64,000 bases of DNA from assembly GCA_041650035.1 (NCBI GenBank), contig JBAZLY010000001.1, positions 29,238 to 93,237 on the forward strand, written 5' to 3'. The notes under the pieces are model-generated. The model was not told where the DNA came from. It searched no databases and saw only the letters and a list, made by a program, of their open reading frames with translations. Every line of letters begins with the position of its first letter. The stretch's first letter is position 1. Below are positions 16,939 to 27,169 of the stretch, one piece after another. The position numbers and the translations under genes are program-made. Source of the DNA: Candidatus Omnitrophota bacterium. GTDB taxonomy: Bacteria; Omnitrophota; Gorgyraeia; JABMRG01.

Positions 16939-18165
16939 TTAGAAATAATCGTTGTAAAGTCCTCTGGCATATTCAGATAAAGCCAATAACCAGTTTTTCG
17001 GACCAAGTTTTAATAATGATACCTTCGACTGCCTGGCTTCGGCCCCTAACTGGAGCAATCCTGCGGTGATAAAATATATATGGCATGGTAAAGGTTTAGG
17101 CGAAACACCTAAACCCGTTATACGCCCAATACGCACGGGTATACCCAAAACAGATTCGGCAAGTTCAATACAGCCATCCATAATTACCGGCTGGCCGCAC
17201 ATAACGGCACCACTGGGTATATTCCCTGAATAGCCTGAAGCCTTAAGCTCTCTTTTGATCTCATTGAATATGCGCGTATATTCTTCAACGAGGATAGCCC
17301 TCAAATCCAACTTTTGAGAGACCTTTTTAAGAAAACCCGCGCGCATATCAGGCCCGGTTACTGGCCCATCAAGCAAAAGCCTCTCTATCTTGAGTTTTTC
17401 AGCTTCCGCTTCAGGTATACATAATTCCCGGGCAAGCCTTTTAGTAATATCGCAGCCCCCGACAGGCAACGTCTTAAGAAACACCGGCCGCGACTGCGAG
17501 ACGATCAATATATCAGTCATATCCGCGCCAATATCGATAAAAACCACACCGAGACTCTTCTCGTGCTCCAGGACAACAGCCCTTAATCCGGCCAATGGCG
17601 AGATAATGGTATCCTCAATGCCTAAACCTGAATACTTCACCGCTTTTTCAAGATTATCTATCACAGAGATCTTTGCTGTGACAAGGAACATGTCCGTCTC
17701 AAGTTTCATGCCAAACATGCCTACGGGATTGGCTATCCCCGGCTCCGAATCAACAACAAAACCGCCTCTGGAGCAATAAATAATACCCCTTTCATACGGC
17801 ATATGCACTGACTTCGCGTTGGCAATAACCCTATCCACATCATGTCTGGTTATCTCGTTGTCTTTATCGGATATAATTATCTGCCCATGGGATAAAAAAC
17901 CTTTTAAATGTGTGCCCGATATGTTTAAAAAAACAGACTGCGCCTTTTTCCTGCTAATATCTTCAGCCTCACAGACAGCCGTCAATACGGCATCCGAAAG
18001 ACCTTTGATATCCGAGACCACACCTTTCTTAAAACAATCATGGTACCCAACCCCGTAGCCTAAGATATTCAACGCGCCCTTTTGTTCGGACAGATCAGCT
18101 ATAAGACAGCTCACCTTTGACGAGCCTATATCAAGAGCGGTTATAAACGCCTCTTTTTTCTTCAT
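16939..18165 (-). CDS. ftsA: Cell division protein FtsA
   Basis: Actin-fold N-terminus ALDIGSSKVSCLI, later IDIGADMTDI. C-terminal amphipathic tail. Lies last in the dcw cluster. Confidence 0.92.
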   Translation of the reverse strand: MKKKEAFITALDIGSSKVSCLIADLSEQKGALNILGYGVGYHDCFKKGVVSDIKGLSDAVLTAVCEAEDISRKKAQSVFLNISGTHLKGFLSHGQIIISDKDNEITRHDVDRVIANAKSVHMPYERGIIYCSRGGFVVDSEPGIANPVGMFGMKLETDMFLVTAKISVIDNLEKAVKYSGLGIEDTIISPLAGLRAVVLEHEKSLGVVFIDIGADMTDILIVSQSRPVFLKTLPVGGCDITKRLARELCIPEAEAEKLKIERLLLDGPVTGPDMRAGFLKKVSQKLDLRAILVEEYTRIFNEIKRELKASGYSGNIPSGAVMCGQPVIMDGCIELAESVLGIPVRIGRITGLGVSPKPLPCHIYFITAGLLQLGAEARQSKVSLLKLGPKNWLLALSEYARGLYNDYF

Positions 18166-18183
18166 CCCTTTTCTTCATCCCTT
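18158..18183. repeat. Perfect 13-nt tandem duplication covering the ftsA start codon
   Basis: ttcttcatccctt x2 (18158-18170 and 18171-18183). On the minus strand this is AAGGGATGAAGAA twice. Confidence 0.95.
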
Positions 18184-18241
18184 TCGATCCCTCTTAGTAA
18201 CGGTAAATACCTCAAGCACATGATACCTCTATAACCTGTCA

Positions 18242-19063
18242 TTAGCGCGGAACGACAACAATATCCTCAAACCTTAAATCTATGATCTTTGCCTTACGGT
18301 TCCTGAAGGACAAATCGCTTAAAACCTTTTTAATAGTATCTAACTTGTCCTTAAGCTGGTGCGTGCCCAATTCAACCCTGGTCCCGTCGTCAAGTATTAA
18401 GACGGGGCTATCCCCGTCATAAACATTGACCTCTTTTACCATAGAATCGCCTGTCAAGCAAGACCCTTCAGCGGTATCATTGATGTCATTTATTATATTA
18501 ATGGCCTTTTGCAGCCTCTTTTTATGTTCATGCCTCATGCCTGAAAATGATTTTGAGCTTACATCGATACCGGAGACAACCATAAGAACAGGTTGTTTCG
18601 ATAAAAGAGGCTGGGATATTATAACAGCGTCATCGGAGACAAGATAATAACTCCCCGATTCAATCTGACAGACAGGCCTTCTTAGTTTATAAGATATGAA
18701 CAAGGCATCCGGCAATCGCCTATGGATGACCACGTCCCTTATTTCAAGGTAATCCCTTTCAATGTCATATTCACATTTTTTGATGTCCAGCATAAATATA
18801 TTCACACCCTTGTGTGAATATAAATCCCGCGCTACGGAGGTCTCAATCTTGAGCTGGGACCTGTCCATAACCTCAATACGCTTTATATCAAAATAATCGG
18901 AATGCAACAGAAGATGCTGGACACCCTTGATAAGAAACACTGCAATAAAAATAAAAAATAAGCAGGGCATAAACCTTATAACCATATCCAACAGCGGAAA
19001 TACCCGTCTCCTAACCCTTGGTTTTCTCGTGTTACGCGGGGATTTTTTTTCTTTTTTCGCCAT
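18242..19063 (-). CDS. ftsQ: Cell division protein FtsQ (POTRA-containing)
   Basis: Basic N-terminus, one TM segment (MPCLFFIFIAVFLI), then a POTRA-like FDIKRIEV region. Position between ddl and ftsA. First ATG taken (19063); the track's start is a TTG at 19099. Confidence 0.85.
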   Translation of the reverse strand: MAKKEKKSPRNTRKPRVRRRVFPLLDMVIRFMPCLFFIFIAVFLIKGVQHLLLHSDYFDIKRIEVMDRSQLKIETSVARDLYSHKGVNIFMLDIKKCEYDIERDYLEIRDVVIHRRLPDALFISYKLRRPVCQIESGSYYLVSDDAVIISQPLLSKQPVLMVVSGIDVSSKSFSGMRHEHKKRLQKAINIINDINDTAEGSCLTGDSMVKEVNVYDGDSPVLILDDGTRVELGTHQLKDKLDTIKKVLSDLSFRNRKAKIIDLRFEDIVVVPR

Positions 19064-19125
19064 AATAAGGTCTCTTTCTCCTTTAAACAACCGCGGCAAA
19101 ACATGCGTTAACCGCGGCCGGTCTT

Positions 19126-20088
19126 TTATTTATTATCCATGACATCCGCTTTTGCGTTTTTCGAAAAATGTTTTTCAGCCGCATATTTTAGGATATCAAG
19201 GCACATCCGGGTAAAATCAATTCCGGCAGCCCGGGCGGCCTTGGGAAGCAGGCTTGTCTGGGTAAAACCCGGTATCGTGTTTACCTCAAGGACTGTTATA
19301 ATATTATTCGGCTTATCCAGGATCATATCCACCCTTGATAGGGATTTGCATCCCAAGGCCTTGTGGGCAGCCAGCCCCAGATCCTGGGCACGACATGAAA
19401 GTACACCAGGGATATCCGCGGGAACACCGTATTCACTTGCGCCTGGCGTATACTTTGAATAATAATCATAGAAGCCGCTCTTAGGCTGTATAGAAATAAC
19501 AGGCAGTGGTTCATCGCCCAGTATACCTACCGTGATGTCCGCGCCCCGGGCGTAATCCTCAATAATAATCTTGCTGTCATAGACAAAGGCCTTTTCAATA
19601 GCAGGCATTATATCTACCTTAGACCTGACCATGCTCATCCCGATACTGGAACCCTCATTGCTCGGTTTGATAACACACGGGAGACTGATATCTCTTACCT
19701 GGCAAGGGTCAAAACCCTCCCTTTCCATAATAATATAATTAGGTGTCGGTATGCCGCGCGCGCGAAATATCTCTTTTGACAGCGCCTTGTCAAACGACAG
19801 CTTACTTGCCCTCGGGCCTGAACCGGTATAGGGGATACCCCATTCGTCAAGCAATGCCTGCACGCTGCCGTCTTCACCAAACCTCCCGTGCAAGGCGATA
19901 AAAACAATGTCTATGCCAAGCGCGCTCAAATCCCTTTTTAACGATTCCGGGTCCATAACGTCGACCAGAACGGTATTGATACCTGCCGAACATAGCGCGC
20001 CGAACACGGCATCGGCAGATCTAACCGATACATCCCTTTCGCTTGAAGGCCCCCCTGACAAAACTGCCACCTTGCCAAAATTTTGCAT
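19126..20088 (-). CDS. ddl: D-alanine--D-alanine ligase
   Basis: GGPSSERDVS, ALHGRFGEDG, ATP-grasp core, LEVNTIPG. Confidence 0.93.
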   Translation of the reverse strand: MQNFGKVAVLSGGPSSERDVSVRSADAVFGALCSAGINTVLVDVMDPESLKRDLSALGIDIVFIALHGRFGEDGSVQALLDEWGIPYTGSGPRASKLSFDKALSKEIFRARGIPTPNYIIMEREGFDPCQVRDISLPCVIKPSNEGSSIGMSMVRSKVDIMPAIEKAFVYDSKIIIEDYARGADITVGILGDEPLPVISIQPKSGFYDYYSKYTPGASEYGVPADIPGVLSCRAQDLGLAAHKALGCKSLSRVDMILDKPNNIITVLEVNTIPGFTQTSLLPKAARAAGIDFTRMCLDILKYAAEKHFSKNAKADVMDNK

Positions 20089-20099
20089 TTATCCCCTTT

Positions 20100-20984
20100 T
20101 TAGATTATCTCAACCTCTGTCTCAAGCGTAAAATTAAAAACGGATTTTACGCGTTTTTTTACTAATGATATAAGCCTAATTATGTCTTTCGAACTGGCAT
20201 GGCCCTTATTAATTATAAAATTGGCATGCCTTGTCGAGACCTGCGCCCCGTCTATACTGCGGCCTTTTAACCCGCATCTGTCTATCATTTCAGCAGCACT
20301 AATAGCTGAACCGGCTGGATTTTTAAACACGCACCCTGCGCTGGGGGCCGTATAATCCTGGCTGGATAATCTGCGGGTCAAATATTTATTCATAAGGCCT
20401 TCAATAAGCGTCTTCCTTGACCTTTTTAATTTAAAACAGGCGGATAGAACAATTAGACCTTTTAAACCGCTATGCCTATATTTAAAACATATATCATCAC
20501 GGTTTAATATCCTGATATTGCCGGCCTTATCCATGCACTCTGCGTATCTCAATATGCGCGAGACACTACCGCCAAAAGCGCCGGCATTCTGGAAAACAAC
20601 CCCTCCTATTGTCGCAGGTATGCCAATAAGAAATTCCGCTCCGCTTAGTGAAAGCCCCTGGGCAAGATCACATAACCTGTTTACCATGACCCCCGCACCA
20701 CATATGATATCATTGCCGCGGGGCGCGGCACTTTTAAAGTAAGTGGACGATAACTTCAAAAAAACATTGTTCAACCCATTATCGCTGATTATTATATTAC
20801 TACCATTGCCTATAGGCAACAGGGAAATTTTATTACTCCTGCATAGAAAAAGCATGTCCTTAACGCCGTTGATATTTTCGGGTATATACATGCCGATAGA
20901 CTTACCGCCCGTTTTCATGGTAGTATAAAACCTCATGGGGGCGTTGGGGATAAATCTTCCGGCAAGACGCCCCTCACGTTTCAT
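20100..20984 (-). CDS. murB: UDP-N-acetylenolpyruvoylglucosamine reductase
   Basis: FAD-binding LPIGNGSNII and the catalytic region SAGCVFKNP. Confidence 0.92.
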   Translation of the reverse strand: MKREGRLAGRFIPNAPMRFYTTMKTGGKSIGMYIPENINGVKDMLFLCRSNKISLLPIGNGSNIIISDNGLNNVFLKLSSTYFKSAAPRGNDIICGAGVMVNRLCDLAQGLSLSGAEFLIGIPATIGGVVFQNAGAFGGSVSRILRYAECMDKAGNIRILNRDDICFKYRHSGLKGLIVLSACFKLKRSRKTLIEGLMNKYLTRRLSSQDYTAPSAGCVFKNPAGSAISAAEMIDRCGLKGRSIDGAQVSTRHANFIINKGHASSKDIIRLISLVKKRVKSVFNFTLETEVEII

Positions 20985-21018
20985 GGAGGCAATATCATTT
21001 AGCAGTCCACGGACAGGT

Positions 21019-22398
21019 CTAATTTATTCGCTCCTTTTTAAACCTCATGACAAATTCTCCGGATATCCTGCCTATATCTCCCGCCCCCAGAAAAAGGAGC
21101 AGGTCTCCCGGCCTGACGAAACCCATCAGGTACTCAATCAATTTTTCTTTTGCCATATAGGTAGAATTGACCTTCTTTATTTTAATAACCTCATCGTATA
21201 TACACATGGACGTGACCCCGCATATAGGCTTTTCATCAGCAGCATAAATATCGGTAAGGATCAGGCAGTCGGTGCCGTAAAATGCCCGGGCGAATTCCTT
21301 CTTCAGAAATTTGGTCCTGGTATAGCGATGGGGTTGAAATATGGATACTATCCGCCTGCGTTTCATATTCACCGCCGCCTTTAAGGTGGCAACAATCTCG
21401 GTAGGGTGATGGGCATAATCATCTATTATCATGACATCATCTATACACGCCTTCTCTTGAAACCTGCGCTGGGCCCCCCTGTATTGACATATTGCCCGCC
21501 TAACAATGTCAGCGCCTATACCTATATCAAAAGCGGTAAGCATAGCGGCCATAGAGTTTAACACATTATGTTCGCCAGGCACATTGATTCTGAATCTGCC
21601 GATATCGCGATTGGCAAAAACAAGCCCGAATTCAGACCCCATCGGCCCTAATACGATATCTTTAACACGCAGGTCATCGCTTGATGATTTGCCGTATCTT
21701 AATACGCGGTTTTTGCAATCCTTGATCATATTTGTCATATACGGGTCTTGGCCCCAGCATATAACAGCCCCGGCCGGCCGGACATTCTCCATGAATCTGA
21801 AATACGCGTTTTGTATTTGCTCAATACCTTCATAATAATCAAGATGCTCAAGGTCTATATTAGTGATAATCCCGTAATCCGGCCTAAGATAAAGAAATGA
21901 GCCATCAGATTCATCGGCTTCGGTCACAAAATACTCTCCGCCCCCTATAAAGGCATTGCCGTTAAGATACGGGACCAGGGCCCCGACCATACCGCTGGGA
22001 TCAAGCCCCGATTCTCTTAATACTGTGGCTACCATCGAAGATGTTGTTGTCTTTCCATGCGCGCCGGTAACAGCAACGCACTTTTTCCCCTCTCCGAGAT
22101 AAGCCAAAAACTCTCCTCTCTTAAAAACCGGTATCCCCTTCTTCCCTGCCTCGGCAAGCTCGGGATTGTGCGCCAATACAGCCGAAGAGTAGACTACAAT
22201 ATCATTATCCTTGATATTTTCCCAGCAATGCCCTATAGCGATATCCGCGCCTTCGGATATAAGCCTGTCGGTTAGATAACTCGGCTTTATGTCCGAACCT
22301 GAAACCCTGTGACCTTTCTTAAGGCAAAGCCAGGCAATACCGCTCATCCCGATACCGCCTATCCCAATAAAATGTATCTTTTTTTTGCTATTCAGCAT
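21019..22398 (-). CDS. murC: UDP-N-acetylmuramate--L-alanine ligase
   Basis: IHFIGIGGIGMSGIA and the Mur ligase P-loop GAHGKTTT. Confidence 0.93.
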   Translation of the reverse strand: MLNSKKKIHFIGIGGIGMSGIAWLCLKKGHRVSGSDIKPSYLTDRLISEGADIAIGHCWENIKDNDIVVYSSAVLAHNPELAEAGKKGIPVFKRGEFLAYLGEGKKCVAVTGAHGKTTTSSMVATVLRESGLDPSGMVGALVPYLNGNAFIGGGEYFVTEADESDGSFLYLRPDYGIITNIDLEHLDYYEGIEQIQNAYFRFMENVRPAGAVICWGQDPYMTNMIKDCKNRVLRYGKSSSDDLRVKDIVLGPMGSEFGLVFANRDIGRFRINVPGEHNVLNSMAAMLTAFDIGIGADIVRRAICQYRGAQRRFQEKACIDDVMIIDDYAHHPTEIVATLKAAVNMKRRRIVSIFQPHRYTRTKFLKKEFARAFYGTDCLILTDIYAADEKPICGVTSMCIYDEVIKIKKVNSTYMAKEKLIEYLMGFVRPGDLLLFLGAGDIGRISGEFVMRFKKERIN

Positions 22399-23491
22399 TT
22401 GTAAGTCCTATTATTTGCCCGGCGAGTTCCCTGCCTGCCTGGGGTCTTGAAAAGATCCTCATATTACGCCTCATTAGTCCCATTTCATTATTATCACATA
22501 GAATGGAAAAAACCGTGTCTTTAAGTTTGCCTGCCTGCAATTCCCTTTGCGGCAGCACAACCGCGGCGCCTTGTTTTGCCAGGTGTTGAGCGTTCGCGGC
22601 CTGGTGCCCTCCTGCCCCGGGATACGGGATAAAAACAGCAGGAACCCCGAAAAAAGCCAACTCGGATATAGTCGTCGCGCCGGCCCTGCATATGACAAGA
22701 TCGGCCGCCTTGTAGCACAAGGCCATCTTATCACAGAACCCCCTGACCCAGTGGACTATCTTATTCACCCTATAGACCTCTTCGACAGCTTCCCTGTCAG
22801 CATATCCTGTTATATGGGCTATTTGCACGGAGTCTCTTTCCAAGATATCAAGCATCCCAACCATGTCTGAAACAGCCTTATTGATGGCAGAGGCCCCGGA
22901 GCTGCCTCCTATAACAAGTAACGTCTTTCTCTTATCTGAAAATTGCAAAGCGGAGAGCGCCTCATGCCTTGTTATCATCTTTAATCCGTTTATCATCTCT
23001 TGCCTTATGGGGTTTCCGGTAAGAACATATCTACCCCCTTTTTGCGCCTGCGATCCTTCAAAACTCAAACATATCCTGTCCGCGATTTTACACAATATAC
23101 CGTTAGCGCGGCCTAAAACGACATTTTGTTCATGTATCAGAGTCTTTATGCCCATAGCGGACGCCGTCTGTATTATAGGGCCGGAGATATATGCACCAAA
23201 ACCGACCGCTATATCCGGGTTGATCCTAACTATCAAGGCCTCTGCCTTAATGCGGCAGCGAATCAACCTGGCCAAAAAACCAAACCATTTCATTGAAACC
23301 CCATAAGGCATTTTCGGCACGGCAAAGACGCAATAATCAAACCCGTACATGTTCATCATGGTCTCGGCATTATACGATTTATCAACGATAAAAAATAAAT
23401 CAGAATAACCCTCTTCTTTAAGTTTCTGGGCCAATGCTATAGCTGGAAATATGTGGCCGCCCGTTCCTCCGCAAACAATCAATATCTTCAT
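22388..23491 (-). CDS. murG: Lipid II-forming N-acetylglucosaminyltransferase MurG
   Basis: GGTGGHIFPAIALA, and C-terminal RAGATTISE...PYPGAGGHQ..NA. Confidence 0.93.
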   Translation of the reverse strand: MKILIVCGGTGGHIFPAIALAQKLKEEGYSDLFFIVDKSYNAETMMNMYGFDYCVFAVPKMPYGVSMKWFGFLARLIRCRIKAEALIVRINPDIAVGFGAYISGPIIQTASAMGIKTLIHEQNVVLGRANGILCKIADRICLSFEGSQAQKGGRYVLTGNPIRQEMINGLKMITRHEALSALQFSDKRKTLLVIGGSSGASAINKAVSDMVGMLDILERDSVQIAHITGYADREAVEEVYRVNKIVHWVRGFCDKMALCYKAADLVICRAGATTISELAFFGVPAVFIPYPGAGGHQAANAQHLAKQGAAVVLPQRELQAGKLKDTVFSILCDNNEMGLMRRNMRIFSRPQAGRELAGQIIGLTNAE

Positions 23492-23552
23492 AAACCCTCA
23501 CGTCGTATTATATACCCAGATCATGCTACTGATTCTATCGCTTGATAAATCC

Positions 23553-24638
23553 TTAACGCCTGTGTTTAGCTATATTCAGCAATAGCCCGATGCTGGCTAA
23601 ACTATACACCAAAGACGTACCACCATAACTTATAAAAGGCAGGGGCATGCCCTTTGTCGGAATAATAGCCGTAACAGCGGCTATATTTATTAGCACCTGC
23701 AGGGCTATCATCGTTACCAGGCCAAAAGCCAAAAACTGTCCGAACAGGTCCCTCGCGAAATACGCTATCTTAACCCCCAACCATATAAGGACCGCGAACA
23801 ATATTATCACCCCGATACTGCCAAACATGCCAAGCTCTTCCCCTATAATAGAAAAAATGAAATCAGTGTGGGCCTCGGGCAAATAAAAGAATTTTTGTTT
23901 TGAATGCGCCAGGCCCACGCCAAAAATACCGCCGCTACCCATAGCGATCATGGATTGTATTATCTGAAAACCCGCGCCTCTCGGATCAGACCATGGATCG
24001 ATAAAAGCTATAATACGCTTGATCCTGTATGGCTTGGTGATGATAAGTCCGATTACAAATATTATACCGGGCACCATGACCATAAACAACTGTTTTATAT
24101 CAACGCCCGCCATGAACGCCATTATTATTATAAGCAGGGCGAGCGCTACAGCTGTTCCGAGATCAGAACCGGCCAATATAAGCACCAGACATACGCCCAA
24201 GGCTGTCATAAGCGGTAAAAAACCGTAGAAAAAATCCTTAATCTCCGATTGTTTACGTGAAAGTATGTCGGCCGCGTAAAGGACAAGTGATAATTTCGCT
24301 ATCTCGGACGGCTGAAAACTTATCGGTCCTATACCTATCCAGCGCCTGGCCCCGCCCGCGGACCTGCCTATCCCGGGGATAAAAACCATAAGCAGAAGAA
24401 GGATGGAAAACAACAAAAAAGGCTTGGATATATTCTTGAGCCTGCCGTAGTCAAAACTCATAAAGAATACGGCTGCCATAACCCCAAAAAACAAAAATAT
24501 AATATGCCTTTTTAGAAAATAAGCACTGTCATGATATTTTTCATAAGCAAAGACACAACTGGATGAATAGATCATAACAACCCCTACCGCTATCAACATC
24601 AATACGATCAGAGAAAGTATTACCCGCGTTTTTCTCAT
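23553..24638 (-). CDS. ftsW: SEDS-family peptidoglycan polymerase FtsW
   Basis: About 10 TM segments, SEDS motifs (FQPSEIAK, PEAHTDFIFS, LPFISYGGTS), dcw position. Confidence 0.9.
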   Translation of the reverse strand: MRKTRVILSLIVLMLIAVGVVMIYSSSCVFAYEKYHDSAYFLKRHIIFLFFGVMAAVFFMSFDYGRLKNISKPFLLFSILLLLMVFIPGIGRSAGGARRWIGIGPISFQPSEIAKLSLVLYAADILSRKQSEIKDFFYGFLPLMTALGVCLVLILAGSDLGTAVALALLIIIMAFMAGVDIKQLFMVMVPGIIFVIGLIITKPYRIKRIIAFIDPWSDPRGAGFQIIQSMIAMGSGGIFGVGLAHSKQKFFYLPEAHTDFIFSIIGEELGMFGSIGVIILFAVLIWLGVKIAYFARDLFGQFLAFGLVTMIALQVLINIAAVTAIIPTKGMPLPFISYGGTSLVYSLASIGLLLNIAKHRR

Positions 24639-26011
24639 TACAAGACCTGACCTTTACCCGTAACCGGAATAAACCTTAAAACAGACTCCTTAAAGGCCTC
24701 GCCCCGGGCCGCATAACTTTTATACATATCGAAACTCGCGCACATGGGTGACAACAAGACAAAATCTCCGGGCACAGCCTTATCGCGGGCTATTCCTACA
24801 GCCTCTTCCATGCACGATGCCTCTTTTACCTGCGTGAAAGCGGATAGATCACGTTTTATCTTTCCGCGGGCCTCCCCAATCACTACCATCATCCGGACCT
24901 TCTGCCTGACCAGGCCGCCTATAGCTGTGAAATCGCTTCCCTTATCCCTGCCGCCGGCTATCAATACCGCCTTACCCGAAAACGCTTTAAGGGCGGCAGC
25001 ACAGGCATCGACACTTGTAGACTTTGAATCATCTATATATCTTACCCCATTGAATGCGGCAATACGCTCGCACCTATGGGCAAGGCCTTTAAAATTCTTT
25101 AATACGGCACGCATCCCGTCCAAGGTTGCGCCCGCGAGACGGGCACAACAGCATGAAGCCAGGATATTGGAATAATTATGGGCACCTGACAACAATACCT
25201 CATCTACCGAACATAATCTCTGATTCTCTCCGAACATGTTGGCAACAAAAAAACCGTCTTTTAAATAAAAACCTGCGACAGTCTTCTTCATGCTGAAATA
25301 GTATATTTTCGACCTGGGCATCGGCTGAAGCGAAACCAGTTTATCATCATCACTATTTAACACAAAGAAATCATTTTGCGTCTGGTGCTTATAGATATTT
25401 CTTTTGCAACGAAAGTAATCGTTGAAATCACGGTGAACATCAAGATGGTTTTGGGTGATATTAGATATTAAAGCGACCCTTGGCTTGAAATCATCCACAT
25501 ACTTAAGCTGAAAAGAACTTGCTTCAAGAACAATATGATGATCTGGACGCGCGGACAGTACAATTGACGAAAAGGCCCTGCCTATATTTCCGCAAAGGAT
25601 GGATTTCCGGCCCGACTCCTTCAACATCATATCGATAAGAGTAACGATAGTGCTTTTCCCGTTACTGCCTGTAACAGCTATTATGTCATTCGTCAAAAAC
25701 CATGATGCGGCCTCAATCTCGCTTACTACAGGTATGGATCTGCGCTGGGCAATTACTATCGGCCAGGCAACGTCAGACACCCCGGGACTTGTAACAATAA
25801 TATCCGATCTCTCTATCAGATCCTGCCTGCATAAGCCTATGTATGCCTCGATCCCGGAGGCAAGAAGCTCTGAAACAGTTTCACGAAGCTCGCCGGAATT
25901 ATTGGAATCCATGGCAAAGACACGGGCACCCATATGCTTCAGTAGCATAGACACCGCCCTGCCGCTTATGCCCAGGCCTATTACCGAAACATTCTTTTCC
26001 CTTACTTCCAT
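24638..26011 (-). CDS. murD: UDP-N-acetylmuramoylalanine--D-glutamate ligase
   Basis: VIGLGISGRA Rossmann motif and the Mur ligase P-loop GSNGKST. Confidence 0.93.
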   Translation of the reverse strand: MEVREKNVSVIGLGISGRAVSMLLKHMGARVFAMDSNNSGELRETVSELLASGIEAYIGLCRQDLIERSDIIVTSPGVSDVAWPIVIAQRRSIPVVSEIEAASWFLTNDIIAVTGSNGKSTIVTLIDMMLKESGRKSILCGNIGRAFSSIVLSARPDHHIVLEASSFQLKYVDDFKPRVALISNITQNHLDVHRDFNDYFRCKRNIYKHQTQNDFFVLNSDDDKLVSLQPMPRSKIYYFSMKKTVAGFYLKDGFFVANMFGENQRLCSVDEVLLSGAHNYSNILASCCCARLAGATLDGMRAVLKNFKGLAHRCERIAAFNGVRYIDDSKSTSVDACAAALKAFSGKAVLIAGGRDKGSDFTAIGGLVRQKVRMMVVIGEARGKIKRDLSAFTQVKEASCMEEAVGIARDKAVPGDFVLLSPMCASFDMYKSYAARGEAFKESVLRFIPVTGKGQVL

Positions 26012-26012
26012 A

Positions 26013-27104
26013 TCAGTATAATTTTAATGACACCATTGTAAAAAGTGATAATATCGCGGCAATAATCCAAAAACGGACCACTATCTTGGATTCATGCCAT
26101 CCGCGCATCTGCAGATGATGATGAAAAGGCGCGCACAAAAAAATCCTCCTGCGCCTGATCTTGAATGAGGCCACCTGCAACATTACGGATAACGCCTCAA
26201 AAACAAAAATACCTCCGGCAATAATAAGCAGCGTCTCTTTTTTCACACAGCACGAAACAACACCGATGCCTCCTCCAAGGGCCAAGGAGCCTGTATCACC
26301 CATAAAAACACTCGCGGGATATGAATTAAACCATAAAAACCCTAAACCCGCTCCCGTTAACGCGGCACAGTAAACGCAAAGCTCTCCCGCCCCCGGTATA
26401 TATTGCATAAAAAGATAATTAGATATCTGCACGTGACCGGCGGCATACCCTATCACGGAATATGCCAAGGCCACCATGATCATACACCCTATAGCCAGTC
26501 CATCCAAACCGTCGGTCAGGTTTACGGCATTAGAGGCCCCTGTTATCACAACCATCACGAACAGGATATAAAAAATTCCAGCATTAAAAACAAGGTTTTT
26601 TAAAAAAGGCACATATATACTTGAATCAATATTAGTATCAAGAAAAAGAAAGGCGCCGACTATAAAACCAAGCGCTATCTGCCCTAAAAATTTCATCCTC
26701 TTATTAAGACCTGGGCCTTTTTTTGACTTCAATTTAACATAATCATCGCAGAAACCCAGCACCCCCAGCCAGATAGTAGAGAATATCGTAAGCAGGATAT
26801 ACCTGTTATCCAGCCTCGCCCATAACAATGTCGAGATTATGACAGAAGATATTATGATAAGACCTCCCATCGTAGGCGTGCCCTGCTTGCCTTTATGGGC
26901 TGAATAAATACCGGGGACCTCTTCTTCCGTCCGCACCCGTTCACCAATATTAAATTTCTTTAAAATACTTATTATGCGGGGTCCTATTACAATACTTATT
27001 AAAAATGCCGTTACAATCGCCCCGACAGTCCTGAATGTAATATAACGAAACACGTTAAAACCAAAAAAAACACCTTTTAGCGGATACAGCAAATGATAAA
27101 ACAA
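26013..27104 (-). CDS. mraY: Phospho-N-acetylmuramoyl-pentapeptide transferase
   Basis: GTPTMGG, NAVNLTDGLDGLA, PFHHH. Polytopic membrane protein. Confidence 0.94.
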   Translation of the reverse strand: MFYHLLYPLKGVFFGFNVFRYITFRTVGAIVTAFLISIVIGPRIISILKKFNIGERVRTEEEVPGIYSAHKGKQGTPTMGGLIIISSVIISTLLWARLDNRYILLTIFSTIWLGVLGFCDDYVKLKSKKGPGLNKRMKFLGQIALGFIVGAFLFLDTNIDSSIYVPFLKNLVFNAGIFYILFVMVVITGASNAVNLTDGLDGLAIGCMIMVALAYSVIGYAAGHVQISNYLFMQYIPGAGELCVYCAALTGAGLGFLWFNSYPASVFMGDTGSLALGGGIGVVSCCVKKETLLIIAGGIFVFEALSVMLQVASFKIRRRRIFLCAPFHHHLQMRGWHESKIVVRFWIIAAILSLFTMVSLKLY

Positions 27105-27169
27105 CCTATTCCTCCTTATTTGAAAAACTCAAGGCTTTTTGTCGCTGGGAAAAACTGCCGCGGCCCGGT

